Positions 16,387-34,580 of a DNA stretch of 64,000 bases are shown in pieces. This stretch comes from the human T2T-CHM13v2.0 reference genome, Homo sapiens. The first letter of the stretch is position 1, and every line of letters starts with the position of its first letter. The notes under the pieces were generated by a model, which saw only the letters and a program-made list of their open reading frames with translations, was not told the DNA's origin and made no database searches. Both the position numbers and the translations under genes were made by a program. The DNA is taken from assembly GCF_009914755.1 (NCBI RefSeq), contig NC_060941.1. One strand, given 5' to 3'.

Positions 16387-16697
16387 GCCATCTTCCCATT
16401 TACCCGGACGCCTCTGACAATGTGTGCCTGGCCTGGAACTACAGAGATGCCCTGGCAGTCATTTGGTCTCATGAGTGTGTGGTGTGTTTCTTTGCTGGTC
16501 ACACCCATGATGGTGGCTACTCTGAGGATCCTTTTGGTGTATACCACGTCAACCTAGAAGGAGTTATTGAAACAGCTCCAGACAGCCAAGCCTTTGGCAC
16601 AGTTCATGTCTATCCTGACAAAATGATGTTGAAAGGGAGAGGCAGAGTTCCAGATAGAATTATGAATTACAAGAAAGAAAGAGCCTTCCATTGTTAG
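16387..16697 (+). CDS. ADPRM: ADPRM exon 4 coding part to stop
   Basis: CTAACAG acceptor; (S)[17 protein letters not shown]...AGHTH...ERAFHC*; total CDS 601+117+311=1029 nt (342 aa). Confidence 0.96.
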
Positions 16698-16756
16698 TCT
16701 AATTTATTTTAACTTGATAGAAAATGAGCTTTGTGTTTGTCCCTCCTAAACAAAAA

Positions 16757-16762
16757 AATAAA
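16757..16762 (+). terminator. ADPRM: candidate ADPRM proximal poly(A) signal AATAAA
   Basis: AATAAA ~60 nt after the stop codon, with U/GU-rich sequence downstream. Confidence 0.55.
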
Positions 16763-17539
16763 AATCCTCTGTCTCATTGTTTAGTATTCAGCTTGCATAA
16801 CAAAATGTATTTATAGTTTCAGTGTGTGATGGTTGATAAAATACTCAGAAATGTTATTTTGGATCATGTATCCATTGTAAGTTAGAAACAAACCAGGGAG
16901 GAAACTGAGGCAGGGGTGTATAGTCCTCATAAGGGGCATATAGTCCTCATGAGGGATCTTATTTGGCCCTACCTGATTTTTTTTAACTTTTTACAAGGAG
17001 ATTGTATTCACATGTGTTAACTATGTAACTTCAAGTTCAGCATATAAGCTCAGGTAAGCTTTTTCTATTCACCCTGCTGTGTAAATGAGCTTTGGACAAT
17101 TTCTGCTCAGAACACCTATACTTGGATTTTTATAGGCTTGTATTCCCATTTTGTAAACAAAATTACCAATAGTTATTTCACGGGTAAGCGTGTGGCACTC
17201 CCATCCCTGTAAGAAGGGCCTCCAGAAAAGTCATGTAGTCCTCTTGGGATTCATAGGACCAAGTGGCAGTGCAGCCATGTGCCACCTGGCCTGGTCTGTT
17301 TGGGCCACCAGCCATTGCTGTGTGAAGCTACAGCAGGTAAATAAATTTACACTGACTCCCTTTATACACTAATGGGACATGTTTAACACCGTTTTCATAT
17401 ATGCTAAGGCTTATGTGTAGAAACATTAGATGGCAAATGGGGACTATTCAGGTGTGGAGAAAGTTTGATTCAGGGCCTAAACAACTATAAGAAATAAGCA
17501 TGCCTGTTGAATACATGGGCACTATAGGGATATAAAGGA

Positions 17540-18030
17540 GTGTTAGCTTTCTATGGCTGCTGTAACAAATTCCCACAAACCTGGCGACTTAAACCAACAT
17601 ATACTTGTTCTCTTGCAGTTCTGGAGGTCAGAAGTCTGAAATCATTTCCACTTGGCTGAAACCAAGGTGTTGGCATGGCCATGCTCCCTGAGGAGGGTCT
17701 AGGACGAATCCTTTTCCAGCCTCCAGAGCTGTACTTCTTGCATTCTGTGGCTCATGGCCCCTTCTTCTGTCTTCAAAGCCAGCAGTGTAGCATCTTCAAA
17801 TCTTTCTTTACTGTCGTATCATATTCTCTGCTGTCTGTAGTCAGATCTACTTCAGCCTTCGTCTTGCAAGGACACTTGTGGTAACATTCAGGGCCCAACC
17901 AGATAATCCAGGTAACCCCCATCTCAGGGTGGGTTAATCACATCTGCAAAATTTATTTTGTGATATAAGGTAACATATATCCAGGGATTAGGACATGTAT
18001 CTCTCTGAGGGCCACTGTTCAGCTGACCAC
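17540..18030 (-). mobile_element. MLT1-type MaLR LTR
   Basis: GGCTGCTGTAACAAATT...TTCTGGAGGTCAGAAGTCTGAAATC...ATCACATCTGCAAA MaLR signatures. Confidence 0.85.
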
Positions 18031-18541
18031 AGAGGTGACTATAATGTACTCTTGCACTCATAGACCTTACCATGAATTAGACAGACATCCATGATTCAAG
18101 TGTGTGAAATTTGCTGTCACACAAAGAAAGGACTGAGGGAACATGGAGGATGAATTTAATTTTGTTCGAAGGGATTGGGGATGACATGCAAAATGAAGAA
18201 AAATGGCTTGAATAAGTGGGGAAGAGTATATCAAGTAAAATAGCAAAAGCAGAGGCATTGAAGGATATGCCAAAGTCAGACATGGCAAGTCATGCTGTGA
18301 CGATTCACCAGAAAGGTGCCGGGCTGGGAGAAGGGGGATGTGGCAAGAAATATGGCAGAAAAGGACAGGCTGGGGCCATATTATGGAGAGCCTTGAATGA
18401 TGAGCCAAGAGTTAGAATTTAACTTGCCAGATAGTGTGGAGCCCTTAGGGCTTTCTGAGCTGGGGAATACGTGATTAGATTTGTGTGAAATAGAGAAAAA
18501 TGGAAGAAAAATGTGAAGGTGTGAAAGATTTTAATAATAGA

Positions 18542-18843
<302 letters not shown>

Positions 18844-19134
18844 TTAATAATAGAAATATTAAATTTAATAATAATACTTAAATTCAATTTCATTAATACT
18901 CTTCAAAAGACTATTCCACCAAAAGTGCCTTTTATATGCTTAACTGAAGATGCGAAAGAGACTATGAATAGTCACATAATTTCGTAGTCTGATATGGGAG
19001 AGGCATACATGATGAAAGCACATCTTGAACATTACTGTCTTTAAGCACAGAAGTAAACATGACTTGGTCAATGGATAGAGCCCACAGGGAATTTGCAAAT
19101 GAGTCTGTTTTTTTTTTGCATGTGACTTCAGTAG

Positions 19135-19140
19135 TTTATT
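19135..19140 (-). terminator. TMEM220: candidate TMEM220 distal poly(A) signal (AATAAA); an ATTAAA near 18865 is an alternative
   Basis: TTTATT on the plus strand ~1.9 kb downstream of the TMEM220 stop; which site is used cannot be determined from sequence. Confidence 0.4.
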
Positions 19141-19584
19141 AATACTAAAGGAGTTATAAAAGCCACAAATATGTAAGCAAAATATACACTGGAAAACTCA
19201 AATCCTTTATGTGTATTTTACTGACCCTTAAGTTTCACTTTGACTGTTTTAATATCAACTAGATTTGTTTTCCCCCTTTTTACTCATTCAAGTCTTAATC
19301 TTAGATAATTTCTCACCATTCAGTGGCCACTGTGCCAATAACAAAAACAAAATACACATACCTCCTTTAACAAATATTTATAGAATATTTACTATAGTAA
19401 TAAAGACAATAAAAATAGACAAACTACCAGACTCATTTACACTCTCCTAACCTGTGGAAGGCACTACTCGTTCTTTTTGAGTGAAGTATTTCCCAGATCT
19501 CTTTCCTAGATCAGAAAAAACAGTATCTGACCACAGAGTTTGATGCTTGTGTATGTAAAATGTTGCCATCTAGATACTTAAATA

Positions 19585-19800
19585 CAGGACTGTCCAACAG
19601 AAATGCAATGTAAGCCACGTAAATAAAAGTAAACAGAAACAGATAAAATCAACTTTAATAGTATATTTAACCCATTATAGCCAAAATATTGTTTCAACAT
19701 GTAATCAATACAAAAAATATTTTCTGTTCTTTTTCTACCATGTCTTTAAAATCCAGTGTATTTTACATTTATAGCCCCACTCATTTGGACACTAAATTTT
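19585..19800. mobile_element. MER33/Charlie1-like hAT transposon remnant in the TMEM220 3' UTR region
   Basis: CAGGACTGTCCAACAGAAAT...TTTCAACATGTAATCAATA...GTGTATTTTACA similarity. Confidence 0.7.
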
Positions 19801-20187
19801 CATTGGAAATACTTTATCTGTATTTAGGTATCATAAAATTTGCAATTGGAAAATTAGATTCAAATACCCAAGTTGTTCCAAACACAATTGTAAGTTTTCC
19901 AATAATCAAGTATCCATTTTTAAATGAAAATGGAAATGAAAAAAAAAAAAGCTCTCCTCCCTAGGATTACTTTGGACATCCATTTATAAAGAATGTATAT
20001 AGATTTTGACCTTATTTCTCATTTAGAATGTAGTTATAGTCCCTATTGCCTTCTTGTTTGGTCCCTAATTCCTTTATTCTATCCAGCTTCCCTTTCTTTC
20101 CAAGACATGCCTGCTCATTTGATTCATCTAGAGTTCTCCTTTAGTTCACTGCACTATGCCAGCTCTGGATAAGATTAGTTTAGGGCT

Positions 20188-20484
20188 GGACTGGGCATGG
20201 TGGCTCACACCTGTAATCCCAGCACTTTGGGAGGCCAAGGTGGACAGATCGCTTGAACTCAGGAATTCAAGACCAGCCTGGACAACACGGTGAAACCCTG
20301 CCTCTACAAAAAATTTAAAAAAATTTAGCCGGGCATGGTGGTGCACACTTGTAGTCGTAGCTTCTTGGGAGGCTGAGGTAGGAGGATCACCTGAGCCCCG
20401 GGAGGTCAGGACTGCAGTGAGCCATGATCATGCCACTGCACTCCAGCCTGGGCAATAGAGTGGGACTGTCTTAAAAAAAAAAAA
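20188..20484 (+). mobile_element. Alu (AluJ-like), antisense within the long TMEM220 3' UTR
   Basis: Full dimer plus poly(A). Confidence 0.93.
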
Positions 20485-21005
20485 AGATCGGGGTATAGCC
20501 CTCTCTTGAATGTCTATTTCAGTATATTACCCAATCCCTGCTCCCCTCTATTTTAATCATGGGCAGCCCTCCGTAATCTTTCCAAACACTTTATATCTTC
20601 AGAGTGTTCTTACATTATCTAGATTGATCCTTGTTACTGTGTAAGTAAGTAGATCTGGCATTAATCCTATTTTATAGATAAATATCCACCAGGAGGTTTA
20701 TATATTTGCCCAAATTACATAGTTACAAAGTTAAGTTAGAACTCGTATTTTTAAACTTCTATTCTCTAGCCTTTTCCACTACATTATGACACAAGACCCT
20801 GCAGAAAGTCGTCTGGAAAATATCAGACCATCTCTTACTTGTCCCATCCAATCTTACATCGAATTATATGCACCCTTAAAAAGTTATTTGGAGTTTTAAA
20901 ACTATTAGCCCAAATTACCTGAAATAAACTCCTGGCTTGTTCCCCTAATGTTTATAAAAAATTGATTGAAAATATTCATTTTAAAAACGAAGTTCTTGAA
21001 TTTAT

Positions 21006-21158
<153 letters not shown>

Positions 21159-21490
21159 TTATTATAAATAAAAATCATGGATTGCTTTGGAAACAAGTAT
21201 AAAGACTGAATTGATAAAACACATAATTACATTTTAGTATGTTCTCATCTCAGTTGTTTTATTGAAATATAACTGATTTATAGAAATTATTTATATATAT
21301 GCTAAATATAAATCCTTGTTTATATGTGTTACAAATACCTTGTCCCATTTGATGTCTTTTGAGGAAGAGAAGTCATTGATTAATTTGACAATGTTAAAGT
21401 TGATCTTTTCCTAATGATTTTTGTGCTGTTTAAGAATTTCCCTCACCAAGGTTTTGAAGGTATTCTCTAGAAGTTTTGTTTTGCTTTTTT

Positions 21491-22134
21491 TAAATTTTAT
21501 CACATATTTATTAAAGATAATCATTTATAGTTTATAAAAATATACTGCCCTGACACAAAATGTTCTTGATAATGGTAATTAAAAACTACTCCCACCCCCC
21601 CATGTCCACATCAATATTCAGTTTAGATTGGTTTAATCTTGAAGTGTAATCCAGTAAGACTGAAGACCAAACACTTCAGGGTCCTGGACAGGATAATAAA
21701 ATACTCATAAGCCTTCTGGATCCTTGGATTGACTGACATCAATAAGGGAACCAATTTTTGATGTTGTAAAAGAAATGTGTTCATCTCCAATAATGATTTC
21801 AAGCTCCTGCCGGCCCTCTCGGTTGGGAGGAGGCCATAACGCATCATCCTCTTTGGTAATTTCACTGTCATCAATTATACTCTTCAGTTCCTCCATCATA
21901 CTTTTATGTACATAAGCCTCTTTTCTGATCATGACATCATTCTTGTAATTGCTGTGTTGGCTTATCTTAATTTCCCGTCCGGTCAGAACTCAAACTCCAG
22001 AAACTCGTGGCTGAACTTGCCCTTGTGCCCCACGTAGTAGCGCAGATAAAAGTCACTCTTCATGGCTTGCAAAAGACAACTGAGACTGAACTTCTAAAAG
22101 AAAGCTGCACCACCGCGGTCTGCACCCAACACTC
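21491..22134 (-). pseudogene. MAGOH2P: MAGOH processed pseudogene in TMEM220 intron 5
   Basis: Intronless [34 protein letters not shown]...[10 protein letters not shown]...DPEGL*...HFKIKPI* (ATG 22063, stop 21623) with 3 internal stops and 2 frameshifts; AATAAA at 21507-21512; 14-bp TSD TGTTTTGCTTTTTT at 21477-21490 and 22135-22148; inserted in an old L1. Confidence 0.93.
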
Positions 22135-23366
22135 TGTTTTGCTTTTTTATAATAGACCTGTGATCCCCTTGGAATTGATTTTTATGAAAGTTGGAAAGTA
22201 GGGGTTGTTTCAGTTTTTTCCAAATGGACATTGAATTTATCCTAGCCTATTTATTGAAAAGACTGCCTTCTCAGCTACCCTGAAGTACCATCTTTGCCAT
22301 AAGTCAAAACCCTACATATGTATAGATCCGTTTCTAAATTCTATTGTTCTATCATTTTATTTATTCATCCTTTTGTCATTATATGTTTAGCCCTCCAATT
22401 ATTTAGGTCTTCTTCAATTTCTCCCATAATGTGTTATAGTTTTATGTGTAGAGATTTTGCATATCTCTGCTAGATTTATTCCTACGGAGTGGATTTTTTG
22501 AATGTTTTTATAAATGTTAACTTTTTGTTTTATCACTTTCTGTTACTTCCTGACAGAAAAGCAGTTAACTCTTGTATCCTGATCCAGTGATCATACAAAA
22601 TTCACTTATTCTAGTAATTTTTTAGATTCTTTTTTATTTTCTACACATGTATTCATATCACCCACAAATCATGAAAATTTTATTTCTTCTTGTCCAATCA
22701 TTGGGCATTTTATTTCTTTCTCTTGCCTTATTTTACCGGCTGGGACAATAGCTGGGACAATAGCTAGCATGGCATTGAGTACAAGTGGCAATATGGCCAG
22801 CCTCATCTCATTCCTGATCTCAGAGGGAAAGTTTTCAACTGTTCACCATTAAGTCTCAGGCTTCAGTGTAGATATCTTCTATCAGGTTAAGTTCCCTCCT
22901 ACGCCCATTTTCTAAGAGCTTTTAACATAAATGGATGCTGAATTTTATGAAATGCTATTTCTGTATGGCTCTAGAAGATAGTTTATTCTCTTATTTCATT
23001 CCATTAATGTGGTGGAAAACATTGGTTGGTTTTTGTAATGTGAAACTAACTTTGCATTCCTAGAATAAACCCAACTTGGTAGTTGGGTTATATATTGCAG
23101 GATTTGATTTGCTAATGTGTTGTTTAGGAGTTTTCCATCTGTGGTCATGAGTGAGACTGCCATGTAATTTCATTTTTTTGTCATGTTCTTGTCAAGTTTT
23201 GGTTACCTGTCCTCATAAAATTAGTTGGAAAGTGTTTCTTCTTTTTCTGTTCTCTGGAAGTATTTATTGAAAGTTGGTATTATTTTTTTCCTTAAATATT
23301 ATGTAGACATCTCCAGCTATGCCATCTAGGTCTAGAGTTTTCCTTTAGGAAAAATTTAAATTATGA

Positions 23367-23766
<400 letters not shown>

Positions 23767-24788
23767 TAATTTGTATTTTCAAATTTATTGGTGTAAAGTT
23801 CTTCATCATATCCACTTATGATTTTTACAATAGTTATTATAGTAGTATTCTCTTTTTTATTCCTGATATTTGTTATTTGTACTTCCTTGTGCTCTTTTTT
23901 CCTTTTTGTCTTGTCAGGGCTTATCAATGTTATAAATCATTTTAGAGAATCAATATTTGACCTTGTTAATTCTCTATTTTTATGTTGATTTTTTATTTCA
24001 CTGACTTCTGCTTTTATGTTTATTTTCTTGTTTCTTTGGGGTTTAACTTGCTGTTCTTTTCCTAACTTCTTGAAATGAAAAATTCCTAACTTCCTGGAAG
24101 CTTAAAAAAAAAATGTACTTATGTCTATATGTTTCCCTCTAAGCATGATTTTTAGCTGCATCTCACACATTTTGATATGTAGTATTCACCTTATTCAGTT
24201 CAAAATATTTTCTAATTTCCATTGTGATTTCTTCTTTGACCCAAGTGTTATTTGAAAGTATATTTCCTAACTTCCAAATACACAGGAATTGCCTAATTAT
24301 CTTTTTGTTAATGATTTCTAGCTTAACTGCACCGTGGTCAAATAACATACTCTGTAGGATTTCAGTCCTTTAAAATTTGTTAGTACTTATTTCATGGCCA
24401 AACATATAGTCTTTTTGTAAAATACTCAATGTGCACTTGAAAAGAATGTGTATCCTGCCATTCTTGGTTTATTGTGTGGTTAAAATCTTTTATATTGTTA
24501 TTTTTCTTTTTTGTGTTTGTTTGTTAGTAACTGAGAGAGGTGTGTTAGTCTCCCAAGATGATTGTGGCTTTTTCCATTTTTCTTCTTAGCTCTGTCAATT
24601 TTTGTTCTATTTGGAAGCTATGTTATTAGGTCCATACAAATTTAGCAGTTATATCTTCTTGATGAATTGAATCTTTTGTCATTAAAAAGTGTCTTCCTTT
24701 GGCATCTTGAATCTACTTTCTAATAAGTGGTGTTGAGACAACCAGATAGCCACATAGAAAAATATGAAATTGGACATGTTCTTCATAA

Positions 24789-25125
<337 letters not shown>

Positions 25126-26873
25126 TAAATTCTAAACAGATCAAATATTTAAATGTACAAATGGAACCATACAGGTATTAGAAGAAAACTTGGGTAAGTT
25201 ACATTACAACCTGAGAGAGAGAAGGTTTTCCTAACTATGACTCCAAATCCAGAAGCAATAAGGAAAAGGACTGATAAATACAATTACATGAAAAAACAAC
25301 AACAAAAGACTTTTTCATGGCAAAGTATACTTTGCATAAGCAAAGTTAAAGGAAAATAACAAACTGCAAAGAAATACTTTCAGCTTACATCACAGATAGA
25401 GCTTCTAAAAATAGAGAAGACCAGCAACCTTAGAATCAGGTTAAACCTACATTGCTCAGAGATAGACCAAGATTTTTATAGAAAAAGAAATATAAATGGC
25501 TCTGAACCATATGAAAATGTGCTCACTTTTGCTCTTAATAAGAGAAATGCAAGCTAAAACTACCCCTTTCTCAACGATCCGATTAGTAAAAATTCAAGAT
25601 TTTGATAACATACTCTGCTGGCAAGGCTATGGGGAAACAGACACTGTTAGCCATGGCTGGTTGGGATGCAAAATGGAAGAGCCATCTGGAGGGGAATTCG
25701 GGAGTATATAGAAATATGAACTATGCAATTACACTTTGACCCAGTAGTCTCACTTCCAGGAATTTATCTCAAAGACACACTGGTAAAAATATGTTAGATA
25801 TATGCATATGGCTATTAACTGCAGCACTATTTTTAATAGCAAAAGCCTGGATACTATCTAAATAGTAGAGAACTGGTTGATTAAGCTATGGAGCCATCAG
25901 CAGAGTAAGAAAAGTTTTTCTATACTATAGAATGATCTCCAGGATGTAGTAACTGGAAAAGCAAGTGGAATACAACTGTGTACAATACACTGCCAGTTAC
26001 CTTAGATAAGCAGGAATACAACTAAGTCACACATTTGCTCCACTGAAAAATCATGGAAGGATAAACTATAAAACTGAAAAAATTTTCCCCCATAGGGAAA
26101 GGGAAGCTATAGGGTCAGGGGGCTGGAGAAGCCGAATTTCTTTTAATATATCTTATTTTATAGATTTGACTTTTGAGCCATGTAGATATTTTACATAATT
26201 ATAAAATAATATCAATATATTTTCAATACAATTAGCCCTAGAAATAAATGAATCTAACTGTGTATTTACTTGGTGGGATTAGCATACAGAACACTATGCC
26301 CAGTAATTTGAGTGTACATCCCTTAGTAGGTTATATCCTAATAACAAAAACAAACAAGAGAACCTGTTTTCAGTAGTCATATTATCATTTGGAGATTGCA
26401 TTTGTATTGTAGAATAAATCAAATGGGTGATTATGTTGAGGTCACTGAGACTAGAAATTTTGCCATGATTAAAAGGAGATCCAGATATAAAATGTTCAAT
26501 AAGGTTAATAAGAACTGGTACCTCTGAATTTGAGTAGTTAGTATAAACTCATAAGACATCTTAACTTTAAATGTATATGTGTACGTGTATATATTTATGT
26601 ATGCATATACATTTATGACATATATATGAATTCACGAACATTGCAAACACTGTTGATTCCAGGTCTGTGGCCTAAAACATGATCCTGGGTATAACATGCG
26701 CCTGGAACATCTTGTCATACCAGAAAGCAAGGAAGCTATCAAAGGTTTACTAGGGTCATGTCAGAAAGAATTCAGGAGCAGACCTGAATAAGTGCCACTG
26801 GACAAAAATGGGACAGTCTGAGCATCAATAAAGACAATAACTGTCACGGACTGAAACACATTAAATATGTTTA

Positions 26874-27296
<423 letters not shown>

Positions 27297-27300
27297 TTAG

Positions 27301-27845
<545 letters not shown>

Positions 27846-28530
27846 AGAGTTGGGTTTTTAATCTTTTTACATACTTTGAGATTCTTTGACTCTTAACTGA
27901 AATCTTTACCTTTACATTTAATGTAATTTCTGATATATTTGGGTTTAAATCTATATCTTAACACATGCTTCCTATTTGTCCTATTGTTTCTGTTTCCCCT
28001 TCCCCTTCTCCTGCCTTCTGTACTCATTTTAATGCCACCAGTGGTTACCCTAATGATTACAACATTAATCCTTGACTTATCAAAGTTTAATATAAATGGA
28101 TACTTTTATCTCTTCTCACACAATTAAAGGACCTTAGAATGCTTAAACTCCATTTACTCTTTTCCAGCTTTTATGCCACTGTTGTCATGTATTTCTATCC
28201 TGTATATGTTTAATTAGTTAACATTCATCGATATGTACACACGCACTTATATTGTCTTTGCTCTTCATTCTTTCGTGAATCTCTAAGTTTCCTCCTGAGA
28301 TCATTTCCCTTCACCCTGAAGAACACCCTTTAGGCTGACAACTGCCCATGACTATACTGGGCCTTGTAGAAAACTACGGTTTTTGTGGACAAGAGTGACC
28401 AGGATACTTTAAATCAACTATTATTAACTTCCCTTAAGAAAAGGGAAGATTTCTTTCAAAAGATTCCTGTTTTTACTTGTATGGCAGTATTTTCACTTAC
28501 TACCTGATTTTGTCAGCCTCGAAGATGTGA

Positions 28531-28794
<264 letters not shown>

Positions 28795-28818
28795 AAGATG
28801 TGATGAGTTGAATACTTA

Positions 28819-29022
<204 letters not shown>

Positions 29023-29848
29023 TCAAATCTGACCATGATTCATAAATTACTTTTTTCAGAGAATTTAAAGCCTCATATGAAAATACATTTCATCTTAAAA
29101 GGCAGGTATGAGATCCCTGACTATGCCCTGATTTATAAGTGGATCCCCCCAAAATGAAATGAATATTTTATAAAATCCACAGATACATCACTTTTTTCAG
29201 GTCGCTAGAAGAAACAGTGCAACTAAGAAAATCCCAGATTTGATCAGTCAATACTTTTACATTTTTAAAGAGGCTTCAGTGTGAGGCAGAATGAGCCCAA
29301 ACCAATACATGATCTGTGTATATACTACAAGAGATTGGGTCACTTCCTAGGGGAGAGGAATGATTTGTAGTACAAATCAGACTAATAATTTGGGGGTGGG
29401 TATATGCTTCTATAAATATGTATTATATGCACATATCTTTTACATAGAATAAAAAACAATCACTTCAGCCATAATACCACTAGAAGCCCCAGGCTGAGTT
29501 CACTATAACCCATGGGCTTCATGCTGGAAGTGATTCAACCCATTTGGTCTACATTCTTATCTACAGACCCAACCTATAGTTTGGCTCTCCAGTGTTCTAA
29601 AGATTGGGGGTTATAACAAAGAAACACCTTTTCAGTGATGTTTAACTTACAGGTCTATGAATTTTGTTGTTGGCAGATGGCAGTAGGAGTAGAAAAGAAA
29701 CAAAAGGACCTATTAATAAGTCCTCAGAGACAAGGGTGGGAGGAAGCAAAGGAAGAGGTGATAAAATAGGAGCAAGTGGTCATGACAAGGAAATGACACA
29801 AGACATACCAGGGCAAGTCTAACAGGTTGACTTAAAGTACTGATCTTT

Positions 29849-30168
<320 letters not shown>

Positions 30169-30559
30169 TCATACTTGTAGATAAGATTCTGGCTTAAACC
30201 AGAACTGAATTTGAGGCTGACAGAGTTATCACCATATTAGATCGGACTGAGTATTACTGTATCATACCGTTGCTAGTTACAAGGGGGCCAAAGTCCAACG
30301 GCCTGACAGTAATATAATGTAATATGTAGTGACTGCCACTAGCAGTGATAATGAAGCCTGATAGATGGGGCTGGGTTTGAATCCTGGCTCCATTATTTCC
30401 TCAGTTTCATCAGGTTATAAAGAAGATAATACCTTGCCTCCTCCACAGGGTACACTGGGGGAATTCAGTTATCATTGTGCACAGATGAGGTGTTGCAAAC
30501 ACGATTCCTTAGTTCTATCCCACAGTTCTATCCCTCCACAGGGTAACCGTCACCGCTCA

Positions 30560-30799
<240 letters not shown>

Positions 30800-31753
30800 T
30801 CAGCCCCATCGCCCCTTTTTGTTTTAGGACAACACAGAGGTCACAGCACTAATTATAAACTTCAGTGGCCATTTCTTGTTTGGGTTGTTCAGCAGCTCCC
30901 CTTCCTAGGATGATTACCCTTATTTTCTCTGGGGATCCACCATGTCCACACTCACAGTCCATGTTTCCCAGTGAACTGGACTTTGGCTAGGTCAATCAAT
31001 ACATGTTATCTCCTCAGCCACAGTGATTTGGATCAGCACAAACGGACAAGCAATCAGAGCCAGCAACTGCATTCTGAGACTTTGGTAGAGTGAAGAAACA
31101 CAGTCCATATTCCACTGGACGTGGCATCGTGAAGATGTGAATGGGGGGCTGCAGGGCCACTGTGTGGAGCCCAAGAGTGAAGTTAGCATGACAGATGGTG
31201 GAACTGAGAGGTGGAGAGAAGGTAAAGTTCCGAGTCCACCAGTCTGAAGCCAGCACCACCCTTCACCTTTTCAGTAAACTGTACCAATACCTTTTCTTCT
31301 CAGCTCATAGCACATTTGAGTTATTTTCTAGCTTGTATCTAAAGGAGCCCTAACTGATCTACCTTAAAGATGCAGACGGAGTTCTAGCTGCCTATACAAG
31401 GAGCCCAGGCATCTAGGGAACTAGAATTTTCCCCACTAAGGTGGGACTCATTAGTCTTTATTCTAAGGCCCCTGAGAACATTCGAGCCCCACTAGGAGAA
31501 ACTGTTTTAAAGAAAGTGAAGAAGAATCTGTCCTCTCACTTCTATAAAACAGAAGACGCTGTTTTATAGCAGATCCTTCTGACGTTTTCCTGAAGATGGG
31601 TAAGGATGATTAGAATTAGCCCCTTTTATTATCAGAAATGAGAAGAAAGGCCTAGAGAGCCCCGTTTTACTCCTGGGAGTTGGGCAGATAGACCCTCATT
31701 ATTATGAGGAAATCTGATTTGCTGTCTCTCCATTTAGAATGCAAGGCTTATAC

Positions 31754-31814
31754 CTGTGACTTCAGGGTTAAGTCCAACAAGCAGGGTCAGTACTGCAGGG
31801 ATTGTGTACACCAC
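31754..31814 (-). CDS. TMEM220: TMEM220 exon 3
   Basis: CTAACAG acceptor; VVYTIPAVLTLLVGLNPEVT; CAG|GTATAA donor; 61 nt. Confidence 0.93.
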
Positions 31815-32729
31815 CTGTTAGCAAAAAGGGAGGAAATTACATGAGTTAAGATGTATGCCCAATATATGAGATGTTCAGAGATACAGGAAGTAAAGAAAGA
31901 TGAGATCAGTGGCTGCTGTGCCCCATGATTTGCCTCTAAGTTTCAATGGTGATTGAGAAAGTGGTAGATTCTCCTTTTGTGGCACTTAGCACGTCTGCCT
32001 GCAATTTTATCTACCTTCCTCCTAGACTATAGGCTATTCCAGAAGCTCATTTATCTTTGAGCTCTAACACTGAGCACAGGGTTTTGGTCTTAAGACACAC
32101 TAACTTTCCAGTCGCTCCCAAGCAACTTTCATGCCCAAATGGCCTTTCCCCACTTGCATAAAAGAAAATGTTCTTTGAAAAGTAGGGCAGGAGCAGCCAC
32201 GATGCTAGATGGCCCTGCTGGCTTTGGACCCAATGGACCATCCAGGCCAGTACTGCATCTCTGTGAGACCACAGAAAGTTTTCTAATAATGCATACACAA
32301 TCAGCTGTGCCCAGTAATAAGGTCAGGCTCTTCATTTTGGAACTGCTGATAAGTGTTTGGAAATGAGAAGACTAGCCCTAAAGAGGCCCTATTCCTAAGC
32401 CTTGTTCATAACAAGCAGGCTCTAGCCAAACTTACTATTGTGTGTGTTGTTGGCAGGGAATAAGTAGGGAGGGTGGGTTTATAAGAAGGATGGGGACTTT
32501 CCAAACAATGTAGCTGTCTAATCACATCAATTTCTGTGCTTATATCAGAAGATGTTAAGGCAGGTGCCAGGGGTCCATGTGGGAGGTAGTGGAGGGCTGA
32601 ACTGTGAATGAGGGAGGATGTCTATGGGGACATGGGGTCTATTCCTCCTATTATATCGTCTGAGCATGAATGAAAGGTAAAATGTGCAGGTACTATAGAG
32701 ATAAGCAATTAGACCTCGATTGTTTAATT

Positions 32730-32855
32730 AATTTTTTGGAGATGGGGGGGGTCTCGCTATGTTGCACAGGCTGGCCTCGAACTCCTGGGCTCAAGTGAGC
32801 CTCCTGCCTCAGCCTCTTGAGTAACTGGGACTACGGATGCCTGCCACCATGCCCG
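32730..32855 (-). mobile_element. Alu monomer (FLAM-like)
   Basis: Antisense single arm. Confidence 0.8.
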
Positions 32856-33429
32856 ACTCAAATTTATTTTGTGTTTTGAGGGGCTCTCCAAGGCAGTGGT
32901 AAGGAACAGAGAGATGATAAAGATGACTGAGATTCTGAACAAGAATGACTCAGAGAATGATTCTGCTGATAACAGAAATGGGTGAGTCAGGATAAGTAGA
33001 TTTTGGAGGGAAAGATGCTAGGTAGGTCCTTGGGCATATCTGAGGAGCAGTGTGACATGCAGGTGAATATACGCAGCAGTCTTTTGGAAATTCACCATTA
33101 AGCTGGATGTCTGAGACTTGTCTGCAGGGAAATAATATTTGGAATTCAAGATACGGACCAGGGTGCCAAGGCAAAGGCAGTTTGATTTGATTCAGAGGCA
33201 TACTGATCTGGATAGTAAATATCAGAATGTGGTTTTACTGCACTAAAAAAACAAAACCTGGATAGAATTTCATGTTATAATTCCAGATACCATCATCCTT
33301 GTTGCTCCTCTGTCAATATTATTCTAAAGCTTAAGAGTCATCTCCTTGGTGTACTGTACAGTCTTGTGTATCTATATTGAGAGAAACTGGGCAAAATTCA
33401 GATATTTTGGAAGATAAAAGATATTTAGA

Positions 33430-34176
<747 letters not shown>

Positions 34177-34580
34177 TAGAAATATAAGTCACTGAATTAG
34201 CAGAACCTCAGAACTTAAGCCTGTTATTTTCCGGTCAAAGGTTTGCATTGAGTGTCTGGCTAGAAACTCATAAGGAATTGTTCAACTGATCTTGAGAGGC
34301 CTACTCTAGGTCCTCAAGAAAGTCCTCAGTTGGGCCATCTAACCAAAGGGAATACTGCAGAAAGACCTGTTTCCAGAAAGTTCGAAATTCACACACACAT
34401 TACATTAGAACTCTGATCCTGCCTATTAATATTTTAGGAAAAAGCGCTTCCCAAGGGTTTGATTTTTAAGTTTCTCAGAAAATTAAGCAGGGAGGAGGGG
34501 TAAAGACATAAAACCGTGTGTTTTGTGCCGTTCCCCAATTCTTCCAAACGGAGGAAAGCCTGGAAGCGGCTCATACTCAC

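Noticed and set aside
21623-21932. MAGOH-like ORFs as a functional gene
   Set aside because: Three premature stops and two frameshifts, intronless, TSD-flanked: a processed pseudogene.
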